This document shows positions 1 through 13,016 of a stretch of DNA of 64,000 nt, one piece after another. The translations under genes and the position numbers were made by a program. The number at the start of each line of letters is the position of its first letter. Position 1 is the first letter of the stretch. The notes beneath the pieces were generated by a model. It searched no databases and had not been told where the DNA came from. It saw only the letters and a list, made by a program, of their open reading frames with translations. Source of the DNA: Octopus bimaculoides (lineage: Eukaryota); the NCBI RefSeq assembly GCF_001194135.2, contig NC_068985.1, forward strand, positions 32,687,934 through 32,751,933, read 5' to 3'.

Positions 1-2870
1 TCCTATTCAGGGCGCAGACTTTTTGAACAATTTGAATCTATTGGTAGATGTCAGGCGACAGAGACTTGTCGACAGTTCTACGTCTTTGTCTATACCTGCA
101 AAGGTCACTACCAATGCTGTTCTCAGTCCTTCATTTTTTTGTTGCCACTGCTGGTGATGCATTTCATTCACTCTTAGTGTCTTTCCCAGAGCTGGTGGAT
201 CAGCGATTCCAAACGGCAAAACCTACTCACTCCACCCTCCACTATATTACCACCACTGGGCCACCTGTTTTTACACGCCTGGGGCGACTTGCTCCAGACC
301 GTCTTAAGAAGACTCGATCCGAGTTTGAGCATATGATCCAGCTTGGCCTTATTCGCCCCTCCACCAGCCCCTGGGCATCTCCCCTTCATTTGGCACAAAA
401 TGGGGATTCGGATTTTCGCCTGGTGGGGGACTATAGACATTTGAATGCAGTCACTGTTCCTGATTGCTACCCTACAAGAGTTCTCCAGGATTTCTCCTCT
501 AATTTGCATGGTTGTACCATTTCCACGAAGGTCGACCTTGTTTGTGCCTATCACCAAATACCAGTCAATCCTGAGGACATACCAAAAACTGCCATCACTA
601 CTCCCTTTGGCAGCTTCAAATTCCTTTTTATGAGTTTCGGTTTGTGGAACGCCATGAACATGTTCCCACGCTTTATCAATGAAGTTGTCCGTGGACTTGA
701 TTTTGTGTCCGCTCATGTCGATGACATACTCGTTTCAAGCGATACGCGTCAGAATCACCTCCAACACTAAAATCAACTCTTTCAGCGTCCTCACGCCTAC
801 AGTGTGCAAATCAACCCAGATAAGTGTGTTTTCGGGCAGTCCTCTCTGGAATTTCTGGGGCTTTATATCGACTCAAATGGTATCAGACCTCTCTCTTCCA
901 AGGTTGATGCAATTCAGCGCATCGCCCCCTCCCCCCACTTCATTACGCCAACTCCGTTACCTTTTGGGAGTCGTCAACTTCTACAGACAATTCATTTGTG
1001 AGTGTGCAGACAACTTACTTCCCTTGACTCAGCTATTGAAAGCAAATACAAAAAAGAATTCTCCCATTACTTCATCTGCCAAGGCGTTATCTGCTTTTGA
1101 GTCAATCAAGAAAGAAATAGCTTCTGTTCCTTTGCTTGCACATCCGGTTCCCAATGCTCTTCTCTCTTTAACTGTTGATGCATCGGATTCTGCAGTTGGT
1201 GCTGTTTTGCAGCACACTGTAGACAATCAGACTAAACCTTTGGTGTTTTTTTCCCGTCAATTGAAGTCAGCCGAACGTCGGTACAGTACTTTTGATTGAG
1301 AGCTCTTGACGATCTACCTGTCAGTTTGTCATTTTCAACATCAACTTGAGGGCTGGGATTTTGTGAATTATACTGATCACAAGCCTCTTACATAAATTGG
1401 ACAAACACTCGCCTCGTGCTTTTCATCACCTGGACTATATTTCCCGGTTCACGAGTGACATTCGGCACATACCTGGAACAGAGAACGTGCTTGCTGACAC
1501 ACTCTCTCATCTTCCTGTGTGCTCCCTTTCATCTCCTGTTGCAATTGATTTAACTGCCATTGCGCAGGATCAGCCAGCCCTAGACACTTTGGATTTAGCT
1601 TCTACCAAGTTGTCCTGTTGCAAGTTTGCCTATCTCCCACTTCTGTCTGCTGAAGGTACCATTCTTTGTGACACAGCTACTGGTTCTCCCAGACCGTTTG
1701 TACCTGAGAACCATCAGCGCTCTGTGTTTGATGCCTTGCATTCACTGTCACATCTTGGCGTCGCTGCCTCAGTGAAGCTTATTACGGCTTGGTTTTTCTG
1801 GCCTAATATGCGTCAGATGATCACCAATTGGGCACGCTCTTGTGTAAAATGCCAGTGTTCTAAAATCCACAGGCATATTCACGCTCCTCTTGGACAGTTT
1901 TCTCCTCCGGAGACTCGTTTTTGCCATGCCCACATTGATCTGGTTGGACTATGGCCTGTCAGTCGCGGTTTCTCTTACATATTGACATGCGTTGATCGAT
2001 TCTCTTGTTGGCCAGAGGCCATTGCGATAGTGGACATTTCCACTGAGTCAGTTGCTCTAGCTTTCGTTTCTAATAGAATTGCTTGCTTTGGTGTCCCAGC
2101 TAAGATAACCACGACAGTTCGAGGCTTCTTTATTTCGTGAATTGTCACGAATCCTAGGAGTTCATCACATTCGCACAACCAGCTACCACCCAGCCTCCAA
2201 TGAGATGGTCGAACACTTTCACAGGCAACTGAAGGCCGCTCTACACGCCACTTCTGATCCGCAGTCTTGGACAGAATTCCTGCCTATCGTTCTTCTTGGT
2301 TGTCACACTGCTGTTAAAGCAGACTTAAGTTTCTCCTCTGCTGAACTCCTTTATGGTACCACCCTGGCACAATGTTAGCGCCGGACAACGCATCGCCTCC
2401 TGATCCAACGTCGTATGTCACCAGACTTCGCTCGTATTTCTCAAGTCTTCCACCCTTGCATCCGCGTGATCAGTCTATCCCCTCTCACGTCCCACTGGAT
2501 ATTGGCAAATGGACTCATGTTTTTATTTGGGATGATTCTGTGAGAGGACCTCTCGTTTCTCCTTATAAGGGACCATTTCGTGTGCTATTGCACACACCCA
2601 AAACTTTTACTCTCGACATCAATGGTCAGGCAAAGACCGTCTCGGTCGACAGACTTAAAAGGGCACATTTTGAGGTGTCCACACCCTTTCGATGACACCC
2701 TAAACACGCCCACCTTTGATCCTTTACAACCACCCTCACATGTACCTTTGACCACACTATCACCTCCACCTTCGTCGCCACTACCTAACAGGAACAAACA
2801 TTATGTCACCAGGACAGGCCGCACTGTGCATTGGCCCCCACCAAAACTCACTAAAACTATTTATATCTGA
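1..2870 (+). mobile_element. Gypsy/Ty3 LTR-retrotransposon pol remnant (RT, RNase H, integrase), copy 1, disrupted by stops and frameshifts
   Basis: ORFs 48-770 ([39 protein letters not shown]), 679-1299 (TVDASDSAVGAVLQ, ERRYSTFD), 1397-2140 (H-H-C-C zinc motif, HIDLVG, TCVDRF) and 2142-2695. No PPT or 3' LTR recognised after ~2870. Confidence 0.95.
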
Positions 2871-3404
2871 CAATCTCTTTTCTGTTTCCTGTGACAGACA
2901 ATTGCTTTCTTGTGTTACTGGACAGTTCCAATACTCTGCCATTGAACATTTTGTCAAATTTTGTGCATGCCAATTTATATTTCTTTTGATAACAACAAAT
3001 AAAATGAGGACAAATGTAAATAATTCCTCATCTCTTGAATATGGAACTGAACAACGTATTAGTTACAGGTTTTCAATCACTTATATTTCGGTGAAAGTTA
3101 CAAGAGAGTGTGAACTTGATACAGGACGAATAGCGCAAGAGAATTCGTTCGAAGAGAACTGGGGTTCATATTCTTTTACAGTGTATGATCGAATAAAGAA
3201 TGTAATTGCGAGGCGACTCACAACTATTCCCCATTTGCTTTTCTAGTTTTCTTCATTTTTTTTGTTAGTAAAAAGTTTAAAAAAAAAGGTAATTTTAGTG
3301 ACATTTAAATTGAGCTTTGACTTCTCAGGTAAATTTGCTAAGTCACACAATATTAAATTAAACTTGAAGCTCAGTTCAAATTCAACGTTAAGTAACAGTA
3401 TGCA

Positions 3405-3968
3405 AATATGTTAATGATTGTTTTTATGACCAGTTATAATAAAAACAATTTTACGTTAATCTGATGGGTTACTTTATACTTTTGTATACAAGGTCGCCAA
3501 AGTGAAATGATTTCTAATTACATATGTAAACAAATACGACGAACATCTGCACGGTCATTCAAGCTGTTAGAAATAGCAGCCAAATAACAGCCATGTCTAC
3601 TGGGGGTAAATAAGAACACATATAAGCAAGAATCGAACTATGCAATCCTTCATTTTACAGCCGTAAACTCAAAAAATATGCCTTTAAATTTTCTGAAAAA
3701 AACAAACAATAATACTTCAAAAATGTATGTGTAATATAAAATATATAATTTGTATATATTTAACAAGGATATTGTTTGATCCAATATAGTTGTGGCTCCA
3801 GAGTATTTTTGAGTTACATTCACGCACGATTTCTTGTTTGGGTACCTATTGTTTTGGATCCGTATTAAATACATATTCTATATAAATATGTTAATGATTG
3901 TTTTTATGACCAGTTATGAGAAAAACAATTTTACGTTAATCTGATGGGTCACTTTATACTTTTTGTAG
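3405..3968. repeat. ~85-bp imperfect direct repeat (about 3405-3490 and 3884-3968)
   Basis: aaatatgttaatgattgtttttatgaccagttat...tttacgttaatctgatggg..actttatact occurs twice. Confidence 0.85.
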
Positions 3969-4680
3969 AGTACAATAATTATTTGTCGATGTCATAACAA
4001 CTGTACATTGCATCACTAGTTGGTGGTCACACTTTCAGTTCGAAAGCCCTATGACAAAGGACTTTCTAACCGCAAGTATCTTTCTAGGAGCGTCTCGGAC
4101 TGTATTATCCAATATCTTGCCTTACTTTAATATTATAGGGTATGGTGAGGAAATTTGGCTGCTATTTCTACCAGATTGAACGACCAAGGAAAGCACATTG
4201 AATATAAAACTAGCAACCTGTGAATTTTTTTTTTCTTTACTATTAATTGAGCATATCCTGTTTAACTTAAAATAGCTTGTCAACTACTGACACGTTTAAG
4301 AAATTATAGGCCAAGAACTTGATATGGATCAATATGAAAGGTTCTGAAACAAAATCAAAAGTGTGGGCAAAATATCTGAGTGCTATTTTATGTCTGCTTT
4401 TCTAATATACCTATTATGCATGAAATAATTTAATAGTTTTCATCTACCACCAACTCGTTCTTGACTCGTTATGCGACGTATATAAATAGCTGTACCGAAT
4501 TACTTTTAAAGGAAATTACATTCATACACCTATAACCTGATACGGACATTAAAATTGCGTATTTTCGTAATGAAAAAATAAATAAAAACTGAATATCAAA
4601 ACGAAACAATTGATTAGGGGCAGTAAACAAGTGTACACTAATGTCTAAAAAGAAGAAGAAAAAAAAAGGTTTGTTCTTAC

Positions 4681-5020
4681 GTTCGGTATTCTGATGTAAG
4701 TTAGCTACGTATAAGTATTTACAGATATATGCGAACTTTTGACAGAATTCTTGACAAGGAACAATAGCTTCAGCTATACCAGGAGCCATTTCGGGTAGTT
4801 TTCTACAGACAGTAACATCAGATGTTGTAGCTTGAGGCACACAAAATTTTTGATAGTCTTTCAAATATATACATGTCGGGTGCCAAGGCTCAAAAGTGTC
4901 AATATTAATGCAGCTTGAAGGTAAGTCGAGACAATGAGGTGAGCTACTTAGGCAAGGTTGATAGAAACAGCATAAACAAAATAATAAAAAACCAGCAACC
5001 GTCTGACCAAAACTGGCCAT
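4681..5020 (-). CDS. Putative first coding exon of an unidentified secreted Cys-rich protein (113 aa, MASFGQTVAGFLLFCLCC...ANLHQNTE)
   Basis: ATG at 5020 in strong Kozak context (acaATGG), hydrophobic signal-peptide-like N-terminus, 8 Cys in the predicted mature part, and a phase-1 donor C|gtaag at 4680 where the reading frame turns into low-complexity intron-like sequence. ETS motifs lie ~150-180 bp upstream. Confidence 0.6.
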
Positions 5021-5164
5021 TGTTATTCCTCTGAGTAAAAATCCAAGTCCAACTTTTATTGTAATCTTGGTACCCTGAATCAACTAATCTTGCAAATCTT
5101 ATAAAACAAAAGTAGGAAGCGTTTTCCTTTAGAAGTCAAAATGAATCAGGACCGTGTGACTAAA

Positions 5165-5200
5165 CGGAAGTAGTGTTGTACAACAAGATAACCGGAAGTG
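5165..5200. promoter_or_regulatory. Tandem ETS/GABP-type motifs (CGGAAGT, CCGGAAGTG), probable housekeeping-type promoter
   Basis: Motifs at 5165-5171 and 5192-5200 in otherwise CpG-poor sequence, upstream of the minus-strand ATG at 5020. Confidence 0.5.
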
Positions 5201-6535
5201 AGTTGGTGCTAAGCTTTATGAAAGCTGACAATTATTGTGACAAATGCTTATCTGTCGTTGTGAAGGCCATTATTTCATGGCTATTTGTTTGACTCGCATC
5301 TTTCAATGACCCGAGACTAAATTTCCTTGTGTTTCGAAAATGTTCGTTCTTCTTTTTTGTAATTTTATACATTAACGGCATAACTACAGTTTGGTACCCC
5401 TCTTCCTACTGACATTGTTTTACATAACTTTCTTAATACATTTTTTTTTTTAATGAAATTAGATATAAAACATTTTTCAGACTTGGAAACGACAGCTCTA
5501 ATTCCTTTTTACATGCACGGATTCGCAGGTGCATATGCACACAAATATGTGTACGTGGACACGCGAAAACATACGTTTTGCTAAAGGCGTCTCCCTCTGA
5601 AAAAAAAAGTGGGTGGATGGATGGAATACCTGCCATAAAAGCCTGATAAATAGGAGCTAATTTTGGGTTAAGCATCAATAACAACTAGCGGTAGCTTCGT
5701 GGTATTTGTGGACAAAAGATGTGATGATGATCATTCTGTTTATGATAATGGCTGTGACAGCAAGGGCAGTGATGTTAATAATGTTCATCAGTGATTCTCA
5801 AGCAATTTTGCCTATAGACCCCTTTTGATTCTCATTTTACTCGGATGGATCTTAATGGTCATTTGATACTTAAAAATATCCTCATATATTATTACGAATT
5901 GTATTTTTTTTTAAATAGAAGATATTTTGAGTATTGCAGAAGTTTAAGCAATTCAAGGCACATAAATTTCATCAAAATAATCATATAAGGACTCTGGTTG
6001 AGAACTACTGATGTAGTTGAAAGCTATGGTAATTATGGCGATAGCAGTATGTGGGTATTAGTGTAATAAAGACCATAAAAAGGAAGTAATGATAGAAGTG
6101 GAGTTGAGATAGATTACGGGCTTCTGGTAGTGGTGGTGACGATGGTGAACAGAAATCATTAAGATGCACATATATACGGACAAGAAAATGCACCCCACCA
6201 CCCTGCGTCACTTTCGTGGATATGGACAAGAAGAAAGGGTGGAGAGGGAAGAGCTTTCCTCCAGCGAATTTGTCAAAAGGTCAGTGACAATGTAAAAATG
6301 TTTAAGGGAACAACTCTATGCATGCGACCTGTAGATTGGAGAACAATAGTTGGTGAGGGATTGTGCTCTTGGTGGTGAGGTTGATACTGAATAAATGAGA
6401 GTTCCTTGATCAGCCTCTCCTGTATCAGGAAAACTACATTATCCATGTGTTTGCATATTTTGTATACTACATAAATTTTTTATCTTATCTCCCTCTCTTT
6501 TCCCTTCTTTCTCTTCATCTTATCGTGTTAAATAT

Positions 6536-8473
6536 ATATTGAATAACAATAAACCATTCACAGAAATAAGAGAAACATTGTAAAGAGAGTGATGCTTCTC
6601 CTTAGGAAGGCCTCCATACAGTCACTCAACCACTAAATTGAGCCATTTCATTTGTCAAATTGTAAAATGTCCTTGCAATATGCTCAGATGCTCATTTGGA
6701 AAGCAAAAGAAATAATAATAATAACCCTTTCTACTATAGGTACAAGACATGACACTTTGGGGGTGAGGGCTAGTTGATTACATCGATCCTATTTCTCAAC
6801 TGGTACTTATTTCATTGACCCCAAAAGGATGAAAGGCAAAGACAACCTTGGCGGAATTTGAACTCAGAACGTAAAGACGGACAAAATACTGCTAAGCATC
6901 TTGCCTGGCATGCTAACGATTCTGCTTGCTCGCTGCCTCATAATAATAATAATAATAATAATCCTTTCTACTATAGGCACAAGGACTGAAATTTGTGGGG
7001 AGGGAGCTAGTTGATTACATCAACGCCACTGCATAACTGGTACTTATTTCATTGACCATCAAACGAATGAAAATGGTAGAGCAGTCTTCAATAGATTCAA
7101 CCAATAGTTGGATTTGTCCCCCACACAAAACAGCTGTTCGACATAACTCCACAAATCAACAATACTCATACACTGCATGAGTGGGAGCAGAATGGTTTTA
7201 TCATTCTGTATGCATCTTGGACAGTCCTACCTGGCAGCACTTCCATGCCTGTAGAGTTTATCTTGAACCAGCAGAGCTCCTTGGCAGCACTGTCAGGGCA
7301 GGGATTTCTGGAAGGTATTCCTGGTGGTACCAACTTGAAAGTCCTCTGAAAAAGACCAGCAAGCTTGTTCATCCCTATTAATGCCTAGAGTTTTCCCAAG
7401 AATGTCCATGTTCTTATGCACTACTTGATTTCTATGTATAGCAAACATAATTTCCACTAATTGCATTGCTTGATTGGTAGAGGGCAGTGAGTGCCTGATG
7501 ACATTCCAGATGCCAAGAGTAATAATGTTGTCATTGCTGGTGGCATCAGTGTTAAAATGGTGAGCTGAGCAAAATGCTGCTAAGCATTTTGTCTGTCTTT
7601 ATGGTTTGAGTTTAAGTTCTGCCAAGACTGACATTGCCTTTCATCCTTTTGGAGTCAATAAATAATGCACCAGTGAAACACTGGGCTCGATGTAATCGAC
7701 TAGTCCCCTCCCCCAAGACTTCAGGTCTTGTTCCTTCAGTAGAAAGGATTATTATTATTTAAGGTGACGAGCTGGCAGAATCATTAGCACACTGGACAAA
7801 ATACTTAGCGGTATTTTGACTGTTGCTACATGAGTTCAAATTCTGCTACGGTCAACATTGCCTTTCATCCTTTCAAGGTCGATAAATTAAGTACTAGTGA
7901 AATACTGGAGTCAATGTAATTGACTCATCCCCTTCCCCAAAATAGCTGCCCTTGTGGTAAAATTTTGCAACCATTATCATTGTTGTTGTTGTTAAGATGG
8001 CAAGCTGCCAGAATTGTTAGCATGCAGGACAAAATGTGTAGCAGCATTTTGTCTGTCTTTACGTTCTGAGTTCAAATTCTGTCATGGTCGACTTTGTCTT
8101 TTATCATTTCAGTAACTCTAGATTGTATATGACTCAGACTAGAATTGTCCCACCCATGCAAGTATTGACGGTGAACATAAAAATGACAATGATGATATGT
8201 GTGTGTGCAAAAGATTCTATTGTGATATGAAATCTACATTCCCATCCTGTTTTGAATGGAATAAATATGAGTTGCTTTTTAATTATTAAAACATGAAAAT
8301 AACATCAAGAAGGAAACAAATTCTGTTTCTATTTGACCAAAGGTAAAACAGATATTGAATAACAATAAACCATTCACAGAAATAAGAGAAACATTGTAAA
8401 GAGAGTGATGCTTCTCCTTAGGAAGGCCTCCATACAGTCACTCAACCACTAAATTGAGCCATTTCATTTGTCA
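6536..8473. repeat. Perfect 122-bp direct repeat (6536-6657 and 8352-8473) flanking a SINE-rich segment
   Basis: atattgaataacaataaacc...gagccatttcatttgtca is identical base for base at both positions. Confidence 0.92.
6720..8110. mobile_element. Cluster of SINE copies of one family in both orientations
   Basis: Recurrent gagctggcagaatcattagca...gagttcaaattc...gactttgcctttcatcc...aagtaccag...gatgtaatcgact at ~6720-6940 (-), 6960-7070 (-), 7550-7750, 7760-7980 and 7990-8110 (+). Confidence 0.8.
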
Positions 8474-8874
8474 CTGAGCTGTTTCAGTACAACCACACTG
8501 TATATAGAAAAGTTAAGTTATAGCAGCTACCACTAATCTGTTTCATTAAAACTCCTAAAAGGTTTTATCATGCCAACTATCACAGATTTTTCAAATAAAT
8601 AATTAAAAGTTACTAAATATTTAAAGTTATTTCACTAATGTTTTCCTTTTTTTATTTCATTATTTTATAAGTTTGAGGTAAGGGAAATTGGAGAAGCTGG
8701 AGGTAGGTAGGTAAGATATGTGATGACATGGAAAGTGTACTGATAGGCACAAGAGAGTGAAGGGGCCTGCAGGCGTTGGGAAGATTGGGGAGTTTCGACA
8801 GAAGCCAGATAATATATATGTGCGAGGAAGGGCATGGTTGGAAAGGACATGCATGTATGTCTGAATAATCATGA

Positions 8875-9465
8875 TTTTATTTAGCTTGACATGTCTTCTC
8901 AAGTGCAGCAAATTGCCAGAAGTCTTGGTCATTTGTCATCTCCTCTGTGAGGCTTGACAACTGAAGATCATTTCTCACTACTTCATCCCATGTCTTCTTA
9001 GGTCTACCCCTTTCACAGGTTCCCTCTACAATTAGAGATTGGCACTTCTTTATGCTGCTGTCCTCATCCATATGCATCACATGACCGTACCAGCACAGTC
9101 TTCTCTTTTGCACACTACATCTGATGCCTCTTATATTCACATTTACGCTTCATCATTCATGCACACTGACATTGGACATCCAGTATAGCATGCTGGCTTC
9201 AATTCTTTCAAACCTACACATGTCCTCTGTGTTCACAGCCCATGTTTCATTGCTATGTAGCATGACTGTCCATATACAGGCATCATACAATCTGTCTTTC
9301 ACTGTGTGGTAGAGGCCCTTTGATACCAACAAAGTAACTCTCTGAATTTTGCCTAGTCTGTTCCTATTTTAGCAACTATGCTCTTAGAGCATCCATATCC
9401 ACTGTTGACTTGTTCACCTAGATAACAGAAACTATCTATTACTTCTAAGAATCACCCAGGACATT
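8875..9465 (-). mobile_element. RTE-type LINE 3' fragment
   Basis: ORF 8877-9140: WYGHVMHMDEDS...GRPKKTWDEVV; homologous to other RTE copies in the window. Confidence 0.85.
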
Positions 9466-9619
9466 TGAGGAAGTTCATTTTTTGTTTTGTACCTTCTGAG
9501 AGTGGGCCTCCTGGCCCTTAGCTTGGTGTGTACAGTATTGAAATGTATTCATAAGATACATATTGGCATCTATCATACTGCCCATTTTCCTCTCCATATG
9601 TTTGGCCATTGAAGACACT

Positions 9620-10270
9620 AGAAAATATGCACAGCTAAGAATTTCTCTTGCTTTTAATTGCCTCATTCATTCAAACTCATCTATTCTCTAAAATAATTCT
9701 TTTTTGATTGTTCTAACCCTACAATGATAAGCCTTGTTTCTTGGCTGTACATATTTCGTACTTTTCTCTAAAATAATTCTTGCTTGTTTGCTCAACCTCT
9801 TAAAATGACCTTCATCAAATAACTTCCAAATTTACAATCTCTCCCTCTAAAATAATAATCCCTTCCCTCGTTTCTTGACAACATATATATACGCATTTTG
9901 TACCGTTCACTAAAATAATTTCCTTCCTGTCTGTATCTCTTATTTCTTGTTGCAATGGCTACTCCCTGCTATTTCTCTTTCAAGCTTAGGGCAAAGTCTG
10001 CCATCTTCATCTATTTCCGGCTGTCGCCTCCACACCTGTTCCCCACCTCTCAGACTTGCGTTAGTTTAGGACACTCAAAAATATGCACAGCTAAGCTAAG
10101 AATTTCTCTTGTTTTTAATCGCTTCATTCATTCAAACTCATCTGTTCTCTAAAATAAGTCTTTCTTGTTTGTTCTAACCCTACAATGATAAACCTTGTTT
10201 CTTGGCTGTACATAATTCGTACTTTTCTCTAAAATAATTCTTTCTTGTTTGTTCTACCCCTTAAAATGAC
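9620..10270. repeat. Diverged ~190-bp duplication (about 9620-9810 and 10078-10275) built from a recurring ctctaaaataa subunit
   Basis: aaatatgcacagctaagaatttctcttg...ttaaaatgacctt occurs twice, and ctctaaaataa recurs several times between 9680 and 10240. Confidence 0.8.
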
Positions 10271-10689
10271 CTTTCATGTCAGTGGTTGTTCCCACCCTTT
10301 CCCATCCCCACCACCAATACCAGAAATCTCTTTCTCTTACCAGCCATCCAGTTGCCCTTCCCCTCTCTCCTCTTATATCGGTAATCTTGCCACCTTCTCC
10401 TTTCCCTCCCCCACCATCTCTGGACTAACTAAACCAGATAGCACCCACTTACCTTCTCACTTTTTTTTTTTTACATTTATATCTGCAGCATCAGTAATGC
10501 TTACACCCACAATGCTCATAACGCTTATATTTACAACACCCCAAACACTTTCATATACAATGCTTCCTTACTCCCACCCCTCCAGTAGAGGCAACAACCT
10601 CAACTATTCTAACATGTTGAAATGACGGTAGGTTAAAAGCAAGAATAACTTTTACAACGTCTGTTACCAAATGATCATGTGAACCTTCT

Positions 10690-12880
10690 TTTCAGGTGCT
10701 GAATAACATCTCTCCTTCCTGTGTTACCTCCCATATCTCTTTCCCAGTTTTCAGAGTTGGCACTGTAAATGTAGGCACATTGAAAGGTAGGTCTAGTGAG
10801 ATTGTAAAGACACTTGAACAGAGATGTGTTGATGTATGTTGCGTACAAGAGGTAAGGTGGAGAGGAGCTTCAGCCAGAGTCCTCACAGGCAAAGCACATA
10901 GGTATAAACTCTTCTGGGAAGGTAATAGTGATGGAATAGGGGGTGTGGGCATACTTCTTGCTGAGAAATGAGTGAATAAGGTCATTGAGGTAGTGAGGGT
11001 GTGCGATAGAGTACTTAAACTCAGGCTAGTTTTGCAGAATAGTATAGTGACAATTATCTCTGCCTATACCCTACAAGTGAGCCTATCAAATAAACAGAAG
11101 GATCATTTTTATGATATTCTTCTGCAGACTACCTCAAAGATGAGTGACAATGATCTCGTCTTAATGGGCATATTGGACAGCAACCTGGTATCTTCCATAG
11201 TATACATGGGTGATATGGAGTTGGTACCAGAAATGAAGAAGGAACTAGGCTCCTGGAGTTTTGCGATGCAAATAACCTATTGATCTGCAACACCAACTTC
11301 AGGAAGTCAGCCAGCCACCTGATAACCTTTCAATCAGGTGACTCTGCTAGCCAGATTGATTTCATTCTCACCAGACAGTGGGATGCATGGCTGCTCTTAA
11401 ATACAAAGACCCTCTCTGCTGAATAATGTACCCCACAACATAGACTAGTTATTAGTGATTTTAGACTCAAGGCCAGAAGGATGCCAATCTGGAAAAGCAG
11501 ATCAATCTGGAAAAGAAGGACTTGGAATCTTAAGAACCCGTCACATGGTCAGAGATTTAGGGATATCCTTACCGAGAAATTTTATAGTAGGAAGGAGGAG
11601 CTACAGTCCTGTGACATAGAAGGCAGCTGGGAATTCCTGCAAAACAACTTGCTGAGTGCCACAGACCAAATCTATGGCTGATGCAAAGTCCCTTCCAGAC
11701 CTAGGGTAACATGGTGGTGGAACAATACTGTAGACGGGCCATTAAAGCAAAGAAACAGGCTTAGAAGGCCTGAAAGAGTTGGGGTAGCAGGAGAATGTAT
11801 CAGATAGGCAAAAGGGAAGCTAGGAGACAGGTATATATAGCCAAGAGAGGAGCAGAAAAGAAGTTTGCCAATGTTCAGCAATGTGAGGACCAAAGAACTG
11901 AAGTATTTCGGATTGCAAGGCAGTGTGTGAGAGAAAACTGTAATGTCAAAGGAGAGAAATGTGTTCGCATGGATGATGGTGCCCTTGTGTTTAATGATTC
12001 TGCAAAGAAAAAGGCTTGGAGATGCTATTATGAAAGACTGCTGAATGTGGAGAATGAATGGGAAGAAAATCTGCCAAAGGTTCACCCAATTGAGGGACCA
12101 GCTACCTGAATTGACAGCACTCTTGTAGATAAAGCAATTAAGGATATGAAGACAGGGAAAGTACCTGGTCCATCAGGTGATGAAAGTTACAGAGAGAATC
12201 ATAGCCCAACTAATTAGGGAGAAAGATGCAGTTTGGTTTTGTGCCAGGCAGAAGCACCACTGACGCTATATTTCTGGTAAGACAGCTGCAGGAGAAATAT
12301 CAAGCCAAAGATAAACTTCTGTACCTGGCTTTTGTTGACTTGGAGAAAGCCTTTGACAGGGTCCCCTGATCCCTTATCTGGTGGTTAATGCGGAAACTGG
12401 GGATAGACGAGTGGTTGGTAAGAGCTGTACAAGCCCTGTACAGAGATGCTGTCAGTAAGGTGAGGGTTGGCAACGAGTATAGTGAAGAATTCCGAGTAGA
12501 AGTAAGGGTTCATCAAGGATCAGTCCTCAGCCCCCTCTTATTCATCATAGCTCTCCAGGCAATAACAGAGGAATTCAAGACAGGCTGCTCCTGAGAGCTC
12601 CTCTATGCTGATGACCTTGTTCTAATAGCTGAGTCACTGGCAGAACTAGAGACGAAGTTTAGGGTGTAGAAGCAAGGTCTAGAATCGAAGGGCCTTAGGG
12701 TCAACCTAGCAAAGACCAAAGTCTTAGTAAGTAGGAAGGTTGACAAACCACAAATCCCTTCAGGTAGATGGCCCTGTTCGATCTGTAGAAAAGGCATGGG
12801 TAGAAACTCCATACGATGTACCCGGTGTAAGCTATGGACACATAAAAGGTGCAGCAATATCAAAGGAAGGTTAACCATGG
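10690..12880 (+). mobile_element. RTE-type LINE (AP endonuclease + RT), degenerate, with an internal deletion
   Basis: FRVGTVNVGTLKGRS...CCVQEVRWRG (APE) and VHQGSVLSPLLF / YADDL (RT) in broken ORFs 10696-12878. Confidence 0.92.
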
Positions 12881-12884
12881 TAGT

Positions 12885-13016
12885 GAGCTGGCAAAAACTT
12901 TAGCATGCCAGCGAAATGCTTAGTGGTATTTCGTCTGTCTTTATGTTCTGGGTTCAAATTCTGCTGAGGTTGACTTTGCCTTTCATTCTATCGGGACCAA
13001 TAAATTAAGTACCAGT
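12885..13016 (+). mobile_element. Truncated SINE fused to the second Gypsy copy
   Basis: SINE body ends at aagtaccagttgca and joins Gypsy RT sequence through a shared gca. Confidence 0.7.

Noticed and set aside
2803-3246. 147-aa plus-strand ORF after the Gypsy integrase
   Set aside because: Starts within the Gypsy tail on a non-ATG codon, has no recognisable domain and no convincing splice context.
5218-5310. Short plus-strand ORF (MKADNYCDKC...) suggesting a divergent gene from the ETS promoter
   Set aside because: Only 30 codons, with no donor site or downstream exon found.
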